Of a stretch of DNA of 64,000 nucleotides, positions 1 to 12,289 are shown piece after piece (positions within the stretch are counted from its first letter, which is position 1; the number at the start of each line of letters is the position of its first letter). Location of the stretch: assembly GCA_002189035.1 (NCBI GenBank), contig NEEC01000013.1, forward strand, positions 2,294,001-2,358,000, given 5' to 3'. The position numbers were made by a program, and so were the translations under genes. Source of the DNA: Utricularia gibba (taxonomy: Eukaryota; Plantae; Magnoliophyta). Below the pieces are notes generated by a model. It ran no database searches and was not told the origin of the DNA. It saw only the letters and a program-made list of their open reading frames with translations.

Positions 1-10
1 AACATTTGGC

Positions 11-2420
11 ATGCCAAGTACACCAAAAGAGGTGAGTTCCAGAAAAAATATGAGGAGCCAAATTCATTTCAGGGTTCAGGAGCAGTCAGAAGACAATTTT
101 AGGAGGTCAGAAGAATCTAGAGGTATAGGCTCGCAGAAATCCTGGGTCAAGGAGAAGACAGATTTTCCGGCTGTTCAGCAGGCAAAGATTAACACCCAGA
201 GAAGAAATGGATCAGTCTCAGTTTCTAGCAGAAGTCTTGGAAAACAAAAGGAACATAATGATGCCAAACTGGCTGGTTTGAGTCGGAATATTACTGATCC
301 ACATAAGAGAGTGAAAAAGCATACTTCATCAAGGAGTTCTGAGGCTCTCAGATTGAATAACCAAAAGCAAAACCGTGCATCTACAGAAGGCATTGACAAT
401 TTTGAATCATCCTTTTGTCACCCCAAGCTGAGAAAAGAGTCCAATCAATCCATCAGTAATGCCCAGGGTCGAACAAGTCAGACAGTAGATAAGATTTTTG
501 TGAGCAACGTCATAGCATCCAAGAAGATGAACATCATGGTACCTGATCTCAGAAAGCAGCCTCCATCTCTAAGCTCAAAGAACGGTTGTAAGAAAAAACT
601 GCCTGTCATTGGTAATATTCCGATAACTGGAAATGTTGAAGACAGGACTACAGAAATGAAAGCAGCCAACTTATATAAATATAATGCTTTTGAAGATAAT
701 TCTGAATGGGATGGAATTGAAAAGAAGAAGACATTGGATGTCGTGTCATTCACATTTACATCTCCAATAAAAAAGTCAGGTGCTGGATCCAGCCTGCATG
801 ACACTGTCTTTGGATCAGATAGTTCGGTGTTTCCCAGTTCCAGGCTGCTTAGGCATGAAATGGATCTCAGCGTTTCTGCTGCATCATCGTCAGGAATTAG
901 TGCTACTATTGGAGGAGATGCTCTAAGTGCGCTTTTGGAACAAAAGCTAAGAGAATTGACTTCTAATGTATTGCTGTCCCAAGACCATTTGAGATTTTTT
1001 GGTTATGAATGTGACAATGGAGATGTCCTGTCGAGCCCAAGTTCTGTGAAATTCATGCAAAAAGACAACAGTGGATCCATCAATAAACAAGAAATCCATA
1101 GTTCTTTCGCGGATTGTCCTTCAAACAGCAATCCTGGGTCAAACGATCTTGAGGTGAGGATATGGTACATTTTTTTAACTTTGCATCATGGAATAGTTGG
1201 CCTTTGGAATGCCTGAGATAAAGTCATGAACATGCACACGTGGTTGCATATTAATTACCAAGATGAATGGACTATTTTTTCATGAAACATCTAGTCAAGA
1301 GGAATGATACATATGAGTAAAATTTAATTTTATTCTAATGGTTGTGTGCGTGATTTTTCAGATGCTAGAACGTTTTGAAGCTAATGGTCATGCCACTAAC
1401 ACGGATCACCAGAAAGCTTCACAAGCCTCCCACCCCTTTTCAGCTCAGCCCGGGGGTGCTTCTGATTCATTTGAAGTTGATGAAAGCTCCGTTGAAGGTA
1501 AAGCTATGCATCTGTAAGCTTGTACATTCTTTATTTTAAATAGTCTAATCTGCTTGAAGAAATACCGCTTATGGAAAACTTTGCTATAGAACTACACTAA
1601 AAAGATGGCAGAGTATGAGGTGGATAAATGACTTTTGGGATCCCAAAATTTGCTCTATTCTTGTTTCCTGTGGTTTTACCCTTTTGAGAGAACAGAATAA
1701 TGATATGTACAACTACTTGTCATCCCTCTTATATCAGATCCTTTTCAATGATTTTCAGGCGAATATACTTGCTTGTCTTATGCTTCTCATGAAGAGGCAT
1801 ACTGGAGTTCTACAAGGCAATCACATCTTACTGAGTGTGACCACGAGGTCTTAGACACCATGTCTTCAAACTCAGTTGAAGCCTTGTCTGAAAACACCAC
1901 ATCCTGTTCATATATGATAAATCCAAAAGATTCTTCCTCGAACTGGCAACTGCTATACATCGGAGATATACTTGAAGATGCTGTGATTCTCACAGATGAG
2001 CTCGCTCTCCAACAAGTTGAAAAGCTGATACCTTCCAACATGTTCCATCAGCTAGAGAACCAAAAAAAACGTTTGTACTCAGATTCAGGAGAACTCCAAC
2101 GTAGACTAGTCTTTGACTGTGTGTTTGAGTGGCTACAGTGCATATCCGGGGGCCTCCTCGGAACAGGCTTCCATTCTTGGGCTAAGCAGAGGAGGAGGGT
2201 GCTACGACAGAGACAGTGGGTAGCTGAAGAAGTGTACAGAGAAATATCAAGTTGGGCGAACGAGGAGGAGAAGATGGCGGATGAGCTTGTTGACAAGGAT
2301 ATGAGCTCCGGGGAGGGGAAGTGGATTGATTTCGAAGGGGAGGCATTTGAAGAAGGTGTAGAGATAGAGGAGAGTGTGCTAACTTGTCTGGTGAATGAGC
2401 TAGTTGAGGACTTTTTCTGA
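11..2420 (+). CDS. DUF4378-domain / TON1-recruiting-motif (LONGIFOLIA/TRM-like) protein, probably 5' partial; exons ~11-1153, 1362-1497, 1759-2420
   Basis: Motifs DVVSFTFTSP and GGDALSALLEQKLRELT, plus a C-terminal DUF4378-like segment (RRLVFDCVFE...DELVDKDMSSGEGKWIDFEGEAFEEGVEIEESVLTCLVNELV). GT-AG junctions at 1154/1361 and 1498/1758 keep the frame. The frame is open upstream of the ATG at 11. Confidence 0.8.
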
Positions 2421-2914
2421 AGATTCCTTTACTCCTGCCCCGGTGTTCATGATCCTTGAGCCATTTCTGGCCTTTTTCTTATGATCACTCGGCTCATGTA
2501 GCGCCTGTGCTCTGTAAATTTGCAACATGTGACACTGGTGTGGGTGATACCCGGAAATCAGGGAGGGGAATAATTCTTCTTGTCACTTATTTTCGTGTAC
2601 ACCACGCGCTTTCTCCTTTTGATTATTCCATCAATAAATATTGGATATCTATATTTGGTATTCTAATGCAGAGGAAAGAGGTGTTTGATTGAAGGGAGAG
2701 AAATTCGGTAATGAAAAATCATTAAATAATTTAAAAAAACCCTCGTGGAGTCAGTATTTAACATCGGATTGACATTTCAGATCATTAGATGACTGAGCAT
2801 TTGAAAATAGAAACCGACTTCCCTGCTTCTTGGCGCCATAGTTGCCTAGTGTGGAGAACATCGTCGAGTTCGCCTTGTTGTCGAGAAGATCGTCGAGTTC
2901 GCTTTCTTATCGCG

Positions 2915-3740
2915 TGGATTGGCGTGTGTTCGTACTTCGAGCGCGTTTAGGAGGTACGTTTCTTTCTCACTCTTATCTGGTTTTGTTCTTCTCTTGATAT
3001 GCTTCTGATAGCCATCGGATCCTTGTTAGTCGGTGTGCAGGTTTGTATTCTTTGGTGGAATAATTGAATCCGACTCGGAAGGTATTCGTAGAGGTTTTTA
3101 GATTAATTCAGTCGCACTGGATCTGGTTTTGATGATGTACTAAACAACCATGGCTGCAATTTCACAATTTTCCTTTTACAGATGCAATCGGAATTGGCGT
3201 GTGTTCGTATTTGGAACGCGTTTAGGAGGTACATTTCTTCCTCATTCTATCTGGTTTTGTTCTTCTCTTGATATGCACTTGATACTCATCGAATCCTTGT
3301 CAGTCGGTGTGCAGATTAGTATTCTTTGTTGAAATAAACGAATCCGGTTCAGAAGGTATTTGTAGAGGTTTACAGATTAAGTCAATCGCACTGGATCTGG
3401 TTTTCGTGATGTCCTAGACAACCAGGGCTGGAATTTCATTATTTTCCTTTTTACGGATGCAATCGGAATTGACATTTGTTCGTATTTGGAACGCGTTTAG
3501 GAGGTACATTTCTTCCTCACTCTATCTGATTTTGTTCTTCTCTTGATATGCACTTGATACTCATCGGATTCTTTTCAGTCGGTGTGCAGATTTGTATTCT
3601 TTGGTGGAATAAATGAATCCGATTCGGAAGGTATTCGTAGAGGTTTATAGATTAATTCAGTCGCACTGGATCTGGTTTTCGTGATGTCCTAGACAACCAG
3701 GGCTGGAATTTCACTATTTTCCTTTTTACAGATGCAATCG
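2915..3740 (+). repeat. Three tandem copies of a 275-bp unit
   Basis: TTTAGGAG|GTAC recurs with its GT at 2954, 3229 and 3504 (exact 275-bp spacing); flanking sequence aligns along the whole unit. Confidence 0.95.
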
Positions 3741-5689
3741 GTGCATTTTGTTTTGAAATCTCAAGCTGCGTTTTCATTGACATTTGTTCTCCGTGGATGC
3801 AATCTGTGCAATTTAGGCACGCGATCATGCTTTTTGTTTTTCACAACTCATTTCTTAGGTCATGCGTTTTCATTGACATTTGTTATTGTTTTATGGTCAA
3901 TTCAGCATGCAGTTTCGTTAATGATTACGAAACATAGCCCCTGGATCTGGCTTGTTAATGATGTTCTAGAAAGTCCGCTAGGCTTTTAGTTTGGGGATTA
4001 TGAATCTTGTTTTCTATGATCTATTTAGAATGTAGCTTCTGGATCTAGTTTGTGAATGATGTTGTAGAAGGATGTTTAGGTTGTCGTTAGAAGCTTACTT
4101 TTTTATGCTAGTAAGGTTCCATGTGGGGATGCCCTGCTAAGCATCATTGCTTCCTTTTTGCGTTGTTCATTTCTTAGAAAGTAGATTAGTAGGGGGTTAC
4201 GGTCGAAAAATAACAAGATGATGGAAGCAATAGCGAAGGTGCTATGGGGCTAAAGCACAGGTAATTGACTCCTGCTATTAGATGGGCTTTTTGATAGTCT
4301 GTTTCTTACGAATTTATTAAGCATATGGGCTCGAATCCTTCCGATGGTGCTCTATTTGCTCCCTCCGCATGCGACAGTATTTGTATTCGAATTGTTTTCC
4401 ATTTACGATGGGCTGACTACTTGGGCCGCCTCAAAGACGCAGAAACCAACACACACTAGGTAACCTCACAATACTCTTTCTCATCTTAAATTGCGCCTAT
4501 GAGAATCATTAACGTAATTATGCCGCTCTAATGGGCCTCAATGTGCATACTACAATGGCGTGGGCGTTAGCCTTATTTACAAAACTCATGAGGCTTATTT
4601 ATACTTATGGGACTATATTGCAGTCCAAAAGCACTTCTTATTTTGGTAAATAATTTATACTATAATTTATAAAATTACATATTTAATTTTTTATATTATT
4701 AAAAATAATTGATATTAATTTTAATGTCATTAATAAAACATCATATGTGATATGATATAATCATCATTATTAAATAAAATATAAATACAATAGAATTATA
4801 ATTATTTTGAATCGTATTAAATACAAATGCAATAAACTTTAATATGAATATCATTTAATTCATAAAATTTCATATATGAATGCAAAAAAACTTAACACAA
4901 AATTTTATTAAATTTTGAACAAGAATCAATTCAAAACATCATAAACTGACTCACTTTTTAAAAATAATGAAAACCATTTAAATCTTTGTTACATAATTTT
5001 AACAATTGGAAATGTTTTTTTTTCATAATTTTAAAACTTAAAAATTAAGTTCTTTATATTTACTAAAACTTAAGATGTTGTTCTTGTAATTTTTTCTTTT
5101 TGAATGAATACCAGAACATATACCTTAGCCAATTCTCTTCAACGCAAGTATCATGATGTCCCTCCTGCAAATACATAGAATGAATATCCTAAAAAATTTT
5201 CATGCATGCATCAAAAATTTATATACATGCCTTGGACTAAATAACTTATATGCATCTATCAAAAATTTGAGGATTAAACGGGTATCCTGAAAAAAAAGGG
5301 TCATTTTAAAAAATGATCAATCTATTGTGTAGGTGAAAAAAATCATTATTAAGTATATTATTTTTCATATACAAAAAGTATACAACATTTATTTTATAAA
5401 TATATCCTAAAAAAGATGCTCATTTAATTTCTCAAATTTTTCGACTAATTTCACTTAAATCTCGACTAAGGGCAAATTCAGGATCAAAGTTTTTTGAGGA
5501 AAAAAATGAAATCTCAAATTCTTATAGGTGTTGATATCTGCAAATTCGATCAAGTAATTCCTATATTAAAATATCATACTAAGATTTTTTAGCTCTGTGT
5601 CTTATGTGGTTTACCAACTCAAAACTATGTGAAGTTGTTTAAACACGAGTAGAAAGTTCTGGAGGAGAAAATGGAGTTAAGAAGTTTCA

Positions 5690-6170
5690 CCACTGTATTA
5701 GAGTTGATGCATGATTGGTTTACTAACCTGAGATAGCACCTTTGACGACGGCACATTCCACCACCGTATAATCAGCATGAAGATCAAGCCTGTTGACCAG
5801 TGACATATATAATAAAGTTATTTTAGAAGTTTAAGGCATCAATCTTAATCTAGGAATAAAGCCAACAGCCAATAGAAATTGGAAAATTATAAAGACACAG
5901 GGAATTCAACGCTTGCCCACGAACAACGTTCAGAAATTTCATTACTAAAAAGCAATGTGAAATGCCTTACGACAAGTGTTGGATCGAAATCCTTGATTTT
6001 GACATCAGGAAATGCATCATTGTGACGATTCCGCTCCACTCCCGATCAATAAAATGAATCAACTTGATGGTCATGCTTAAATACCTCACGAAGATTTACA
6101 TCTCAAAGGTCGCGATACTCTGGATTCTAGGCATTGGATTTCTGGTGTAATACAGACAAAAATTGTCATT
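5690..6170 (-). pseudogene. Possible decayed coding exons of unknown origin (transposon-carried or pseudogene fragment)
   Basis: The minus strand reads KSNA*NPEYRDL*DVNLREVFKHDHQVDSFY*SGVERNRHNDAFPDVKIKDFDPTLV then GTAAGG, followed by a second AG..GT-bounded piece (LDLHADYTVVECAVVKGAIS). The stops are TAG/TGA, consistent with C>T/G>A decay. No family recognised. Confidence 0.3.
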
Positions 6171-6499
6171 CAAGGTGTGAAAGAAATCGAGAAAATGAAA
6201 TTTCAACTTCTATGCAACAAATAATGATAAAAAAAATCTCATTCTAGATATCGAGGATGAAAAAGTTGATTACTTCAATAACAATCATTCATTAGGATCA
6301 AATGATTTCCAGATGTTCAAATATGAAAGATCACAATCAAAAGAAGAAGGAAAACTTAACAATTATAATATTTCAAGCAAATCGCGATGCACTTGAGAAT
6401 AAATTTGAAAACAAGAATAAGGATCAACATCCTCCATTCTAATACAATGATTGCATCCAACATATGCATGAAGGTAACGATTAGGTTTCAAGTACGTCT

Positions 6500-7190
6500 A
6501 CGATCTTTAATCAATAAAGAAAAAGCACGACAGCGTAAAATAAACATTGGTCAATCCGTCCGCTATTATGGAGCCCTAATCTCACCATTCCAAAATAGCA
6601 CACGAAACTGCTACTTCTCGATTCCACTCCCATCACCGCTGGCGATAAAACCATCAGAGATATTTTATGATTTTGCATATTATAATCAATCGAGAGAACG
6701 TGTGATAGCGTAAAACAAACCTTCGTCGATCCGTCCACTTTTTATGAAGTTCTGGATCTCAACATTTTAACGTAGCACAAAGCCACTACTTCTGGATTCT
6801 GCTTCCACCACCGCTGGCGATAAATCATCAGATCTCTTCTATGATCTTATACATCATAATCAATAGAGATAAAACACGAAAACGTAAAACAATCTTTCCT
6901 CCATGCATTCGCTCATTATGGAACCTTAGATCTCGCCATTTCAAAGCAGCAAGAAGCCGCTACTTGTCGAATCCACTCCCACTGTCGTTAACGATAAACC
7001 ATCAGATCTCTTCCATAATCTTGTATATCATAATCAATAGAGAGAAAGCACGAAAATGAGACAAACCTTCGTTGATCCGTCCGCTCATTGTGGAGCCCTA
7101 GATCTCACGATTTCAAAACTGTACGAAGTCGCTACTCCTCGATTCCACTTGCACCATCTCTAGTGATAAACAATTAGATCTCCTTCTCCG
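6500..7190 (-). repeat. Four degenerate tandem copies of a ~174-bp unit
   Basis: The marker (G/A/T)GATAAA..(C/T)AGA recurs near 6642, 6817, 6991 and 7163; ATAATCAAT and CTACT motifs recur at the same spacing. Confidence 0.9.
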
Positions 7191-7670
7191 CCTTAATCGT
7201 TCCGGGAGCGGGAAACAAACAGCAGAGGGAGGGAAAAGGTATCCGCATTTGAAATCTGCGCTTGGGTATTTATAGACAAATGAAGCTTCAGGAGCGATAA
7301 AATATAAAATATGGAAAAATAAAGGGTGCATATTTGTAAATTTTACGAAATGTGAGGACTATTTAATTTCTCTTTATGATTGTGATTATTTTTTCCTAAT
7401 CCGTGAAAATTTTTTGCATTCTTTACAAGAAATTTAGGATAATAATTATTTATTTTAATTTTACATTATACATGGACGTTATTAGAGAATTTTATTATTT
7501 TTTATGCACTTTATTCAACATACAATTGAATTAATGGTATTTGTTTTTTTATTTTTATGAAATATATTTGATTCTAACCATTAGCGCTCCCGGTGGCGGC
7601 ATTCGCTGTACACGGCTGCGGAGCATCGAGCAAAAGTTGAGACGGAGATTGTGTAGTAAAATCGTGGAGT

Positions 7671-10204
7671 ATGGAGTTCAGTCTGAGTGGAAATTCGATT
7701 AAAATTTTTGCACGTTCAATCATCTGCCTAGCTCGAATCGGCACCGAGCTTGTTTTCCAGTCCTCGCCTTCTCAGGTTCTCTTCCGCCGCTTTCCATGTC
7801 TTCTGAGTTTCTTCTTACGAGTCTTTTCTGAAAAAAAAAATATGAGTTCCTACGCTGCGGTGCATTCATTTCTTGAATTGGGGATTTTTTTTTTAATTTT
7901 TCGGATATTGAAGAGTGTTGCATCTGATCAGTGATTGAATTTTTTTTACAGCTTACATTAAACACTCTTAACTCATCCCGATCGGCCTTCCAATCTATTA
8001 CATTCAAGCAAGATTTTTTTGATGCGTATACTGTTTCTGGTGCCGAAGTAAAATGTAGCGTGCTCCTCAAGGTATAATGGTTATGTTAAGAGTTGAATTC
8101 ATGAGTATTAATTAATTAGGTTGGTTTGACTCTTGCTTTACTCTGTACAGGCTATTTGTTCTGTTCTAAGAACCCCATTGTCTAATATAGACCATTTAGC
8201 TGTGCTGTTGTCTGATTCCGGTGCATCCAAGGTGCAGTGGACTTTGAACTGTAATTCTGGTATGAAAGCAATGCATTCTTCTGTTGAGTAAAAGTGCCTT
8301 GAGTAAATATGAAATACTATAACTTCACAGGTATGAAGAAGACCTACTGGGTTACTTGTACCATTGAGCCGGATTTTCAACATCTATCACTTGATAGGGA
8401 GAAGTTCCCCAGCAGCCTTGTGGTACGACCTCGTCATTTGAACAGATTGCTTGCAAATTTTCAGTCAAATCTTCAGGAGATTACTGTAATTGCAACAGAG
8501 CCTCATGAGGCTCCTCATGATGCCATTGATCAAATTGGTGGAAAAGCTGTTGAGTTAAGAAGTTATATAGACCCAACAAAAGGTGAACATATCACTGTGC
8601 GATTTCTCTCCCACAGCAAGATCAATTGATGGCAGAAGCAACTTTTTATTTCAGAAAACGATTCATCTCTTCACACTCAGTTGTGGATAGATCCTGGTGA
8701 AGAATTTGTTCAGTATACTCACAGTGGTCATCCTGTAGATGTTACATTTAGTGTGAAGGAGTTAAAGGTAACCCTGTAAATGTTTGGATATTCATGTGTT
8801 TCTTCTCAAGTTTCTTAACCATAATTGTTTCCCGAGTTCAAAAGAAATTCTGAAAATGGATTGTTTAAAACTCTTGTGCTTTCTTTATTGAATACCTGAT
8901 TTTGAGGTTGCATCACGTCTTGAATCCAAACTGCTTCACACTTTGGATAGTCTGGGTCACTCACACATTTCCTTATCCTGCCGCTCCAGGCTTTCCTTTC
9001 CTTTTGTGAGTCATGCGAAGTGGACATTCACCTGTACTTCGAAAAAGCTGGAGAGTAAGAATTACCATTTTTTTATTACAAAGCGATATTCTTTTTTCTC
9101 ATTTCAGTTTTTTATTTTGTTAATATTGCTTTCATAAAGTGTTTAAGTTTTTTGCTTACTCAAATCTACTACGTCTCCATTTTTGGTATTGGTGTTTTTA
9201 GTCCTTCGTTCTGTATTGATTACATTACAACATGAGTAGGCCAATTCTAATGGTTCCGAAGTTCGGGTTGGATGATGGCACTGGTTCAAATTTTGATACC
9301 ACCCTTGTACTTGCTACAATGCTTGTATCACAAATTGATGCTGGAAATTCTTCTGAACCTCCACCATCAGCAAATGTTGGAGCAAATCCACGACAGGGAG
9401 CAGCTGGGAATAATGACCAGCCATCCGACCATACGAAAATTTGGTCTGAACTCTCAGGTAAGATAATTATTTGCTTGTGTTAAAGAGTGTGATCACAATC
9501 CCAGTTTATCTCCTTACCCATTTCCCCACAGGAAGTGCTGCTAAAGGCGGTAATAATGCTGAGTCTAGGCGAATTCCAGCTGTAAGAAACCAAAGCACAA
9601 GAGAACAGACTACATTTCAAAAGGAAAGAGCAGTGAACAATATTTCTGTAGATATTGCTCCTGAGCTGATTCGCAATCCTGAAGAGTATCCTTTCTACAT
9701 CTGATTCTTGAGTTCCCATCAGCATCAATCTCAGAACTTAAAAAAATTTAAATCGTTTCATAGATGTGCATACGGCAGATACAATCTGCATCAAAAAGAG
9801 CAGCTCCTTTACTTCGCAGGGTGGTTGGTCCACCAGCATGAGTAAGATTGCACAATCTAAATCCATTTAGTTTCCGATTTTCAGTTACTAAATGTTCTTC
9901 ATGAGCTCCTGAACCATGTAGATGTTCCCTTAACTGTGCTTTAGCTTTCACTACCCTGAAACAGATGCTCCAACGCAGCAGCAGCTGCAGCCTGGAGGTT
10001 AGTCGCCGTGTTAGATACTATCTACAGTTCCTCACTTGTTCCCTGAGCGCTTATCTGCATCCATCTCCTGCTGTTATCAATTGTCTAGATGATGCCCGTG
10101 CTGCCTCGCAACGCCATCCTCGAAACTGGGTCGATGCAGATGAGGATGACGACGACACAGATGACTCAGAACTGTGCATACAGTCAACACCCCCACACTC
10201 ATGA
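7671..10204 (+). CDS. RAD9: Cell-cycle checkpoint clamp subunit RAD9 (9-1-1 complex); 10 exons, intron 8 (9686-9944) is U12-type
   Basis: Spliced product MEFSLSGNSIKIFARSIICLARIGTELVFQSSPSQ|LTLNTLNSSRSAFQSITFK...KKTYWVTCTIEPDFQHLSLDR...HTQLWIDPGEEF...FSVKELK|AFLSFCE...GEPILMVPK, ending SQRHPRNWVDADEDDDD...ELCIQSTPPHS*. All junctions checked keep the frame. Confidence 0.93.
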
Positions 10205-10795
10205 TCAGCATGAATCCTCCTGTGCAGTTAGTTGTTCCTTCCAACTCTAATCTTATCAAGTCTGTCGACGAGATCCGATCCTATGCAAGTGCACAATTCC
10301 TAGCTCACTGATGAGTTTTGTGGATCTTCCCCTTAGAACTTCAAGTAGTCTTCTCCAAATGGTGAAGTAAAAAAGAAAAGAAAAGCATTCAATGCTCACA
10401 GAGAGCATGTATGCCTGCAGAACGGGTGCCAGTGAATGCTCGCCCAAGGAATTCGGTAAAAACAATTCCCTTTCACCGACACCACACGTGTCTTGAAAAA
10501 TTGTCCAATCTCATTCAATGTTAAAAAAAAAAGACCTGGTTTGAATAAGCAACTGGGTGACCCGAGAAACAAATGTTTGAATGATAAGGTAGGCTGTAGG
10601 CATTTTTGAATTGATGGCTCCTGTCCTTAGCCGTAAGATAATACTAGAAAAGTCGTCTTCCTTTCTTTTCTTTTTCCAGGGAACCTCGACGACTTTCAGG
10701 GGCATCTCGATGCTTTCAAACTGATTGGCAGCCTTTTCATTGACAATTCTCCAATTCTCCGTTCCCAGATCGGTTCGCACTGTCCCGGCCGTGAT

Positions 10796-11877
10796 ATGGT
10801 CTTGCTGCTTCATCCATTTCTGATAATGATAGGAGTTAGGATGGAGTTCGGGCCGGCGCATCTCGTGATCGCCGCCGCACTCATGGCGGATCTTGTGGAT
10901 GCTCAAGCCAGTAGCGGGGGCAGTTTTAGCGATAATCCGTATAATTTCGCGCAGTTCAATCCACCCATCGCCAGCATCTTGATTGCCCTGGTGGCGGCGC
11001 TTTTCGTCATGGGCGTCTGCTCAGTATACCTCCGCCGCTGCAGCGACGCCCCTGTTTCGGTGGGTAGTATCCGAAGAGGTCTTTCTATGCGCACGCGGCG
11101 AGGTGTGGCGGCGCGTGGACTGGATCAGGAGATCATCGTGAATTTCCCCACTTTCTCCTATGCGGAGGTGAAGGAGCACAAGGTCGGGAAAGGCGCCCTG
11201 GAGTGCGCCGTTTGTTTGAACGAATTTGTCGAGGATGATACGCTGCGTTGGCTACCGCACTGCGATCACGTTTTCCATCCGGAGTGCATCGGCGCGTGGC
11301 TCGCACACCACACCACTTGCCCCGTGTGTCGGGCGGACTTGACCCACCCCGCCCAATCGCCACCGCTGGAGCCGCCGGGAAGCAATCGGGTTGGCTCGAG
11401 AAACGGTGAAATCGTCGTACAAATAGATGACTCTGAGACCATCGCCGCCCCAGGAACCCCATCCCCAATTCCGAAACCCTAAACAGTTCACCAAACTTCA
11501 AATCCCATTCCACAGGGCACTCGCTGGTTCCTGTAGGAGAGACTCTAGATCGGTTTACTCTGCGATTGCCGGAGGGAGTGAAGAAGGAGGTGATGGAGAG
11601 GTCAAAGTTGAACAGAGCCAGAAGCTACGCCGGTGGTTCCGCTCCAGCGTTCAGAAGCGGCGGCGAAGAAGACGCCAGCCGCGGCAGCGCAAGGTCTAAC
11701 CAGACACTCTCAGAGCGATGGGTAACAATCCGGCGAGCTTTGTCGATGAAATCGCCGAAAGTGGTCAGTGACGGCGGCAGCCGTAGTACGTCGAGAATGG
11801 CGTCGCTCAAGTGCCTGGAACCTAAACCCGCGGAAAGTCCAAATGGCGGCGGCACTAACGCCAACCTACACGTGTAG
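10796..11877 (+). CDS. ATL: ATL-family RING-H2 E3 ubiquitin ligase (ATL6/ATL31-like), intronless; apparent 1-nt frameshift at ~11448-11466
   Basis: N-terminal hydrophobic/TM segment, GLD motif (RGLDQEIIVNFPTFSY) and RING-H2 (CAVCLNEF...LPHCDHVFHPECIGAWLAHHTTCPVC). The family tail motif KSHSTGHSLVPVGETLDRFTLRLPEGV continues in a different frame to the stop at 11877. Confidence 0.88.
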
Positions 11878-12289
11878 CTTCCGGGTCGGGTTCATTTTTC
11901 AAAGTAATACATACCATTTTGCATTTTGTACCCCTTTAAATCCTTGTTCTTATACTATTGCCCCTCATTTTTATATAAATTTCTTTAGCACCTATTTTAA
12001 AAATTGAATCTTGATAAAAAAAAAAAGAAAGAACTTGTAATTATTTTAAAATTGCAGATATTTAAATTCTGGTTTCATTTGAAATATTCATTATTGCTCA
12101 GAGAATTCTTAAGATGAATGAAGAATTCTCCAGTGCATGTTCAGATTTCCAAAGAATTCTAGAAATTTCTAAAGAGATAGGGAACTGGAATGGATTTAGA
12201 AACTTCCTGGTAAGGGTCTTGTTGACTCTGGTGAATCCATCTACTACAAGCAAACTGAAAACAAGGGGCAAGAGACCACCATGGCAACT

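Noticed and set aside
2915-7190. CRISPR-like interpretation of the repeat arrays
   Set aside because: Eukaryotic context; units are 174-275 bp and similar along their whole length, with no unique spacers and no cas genes.
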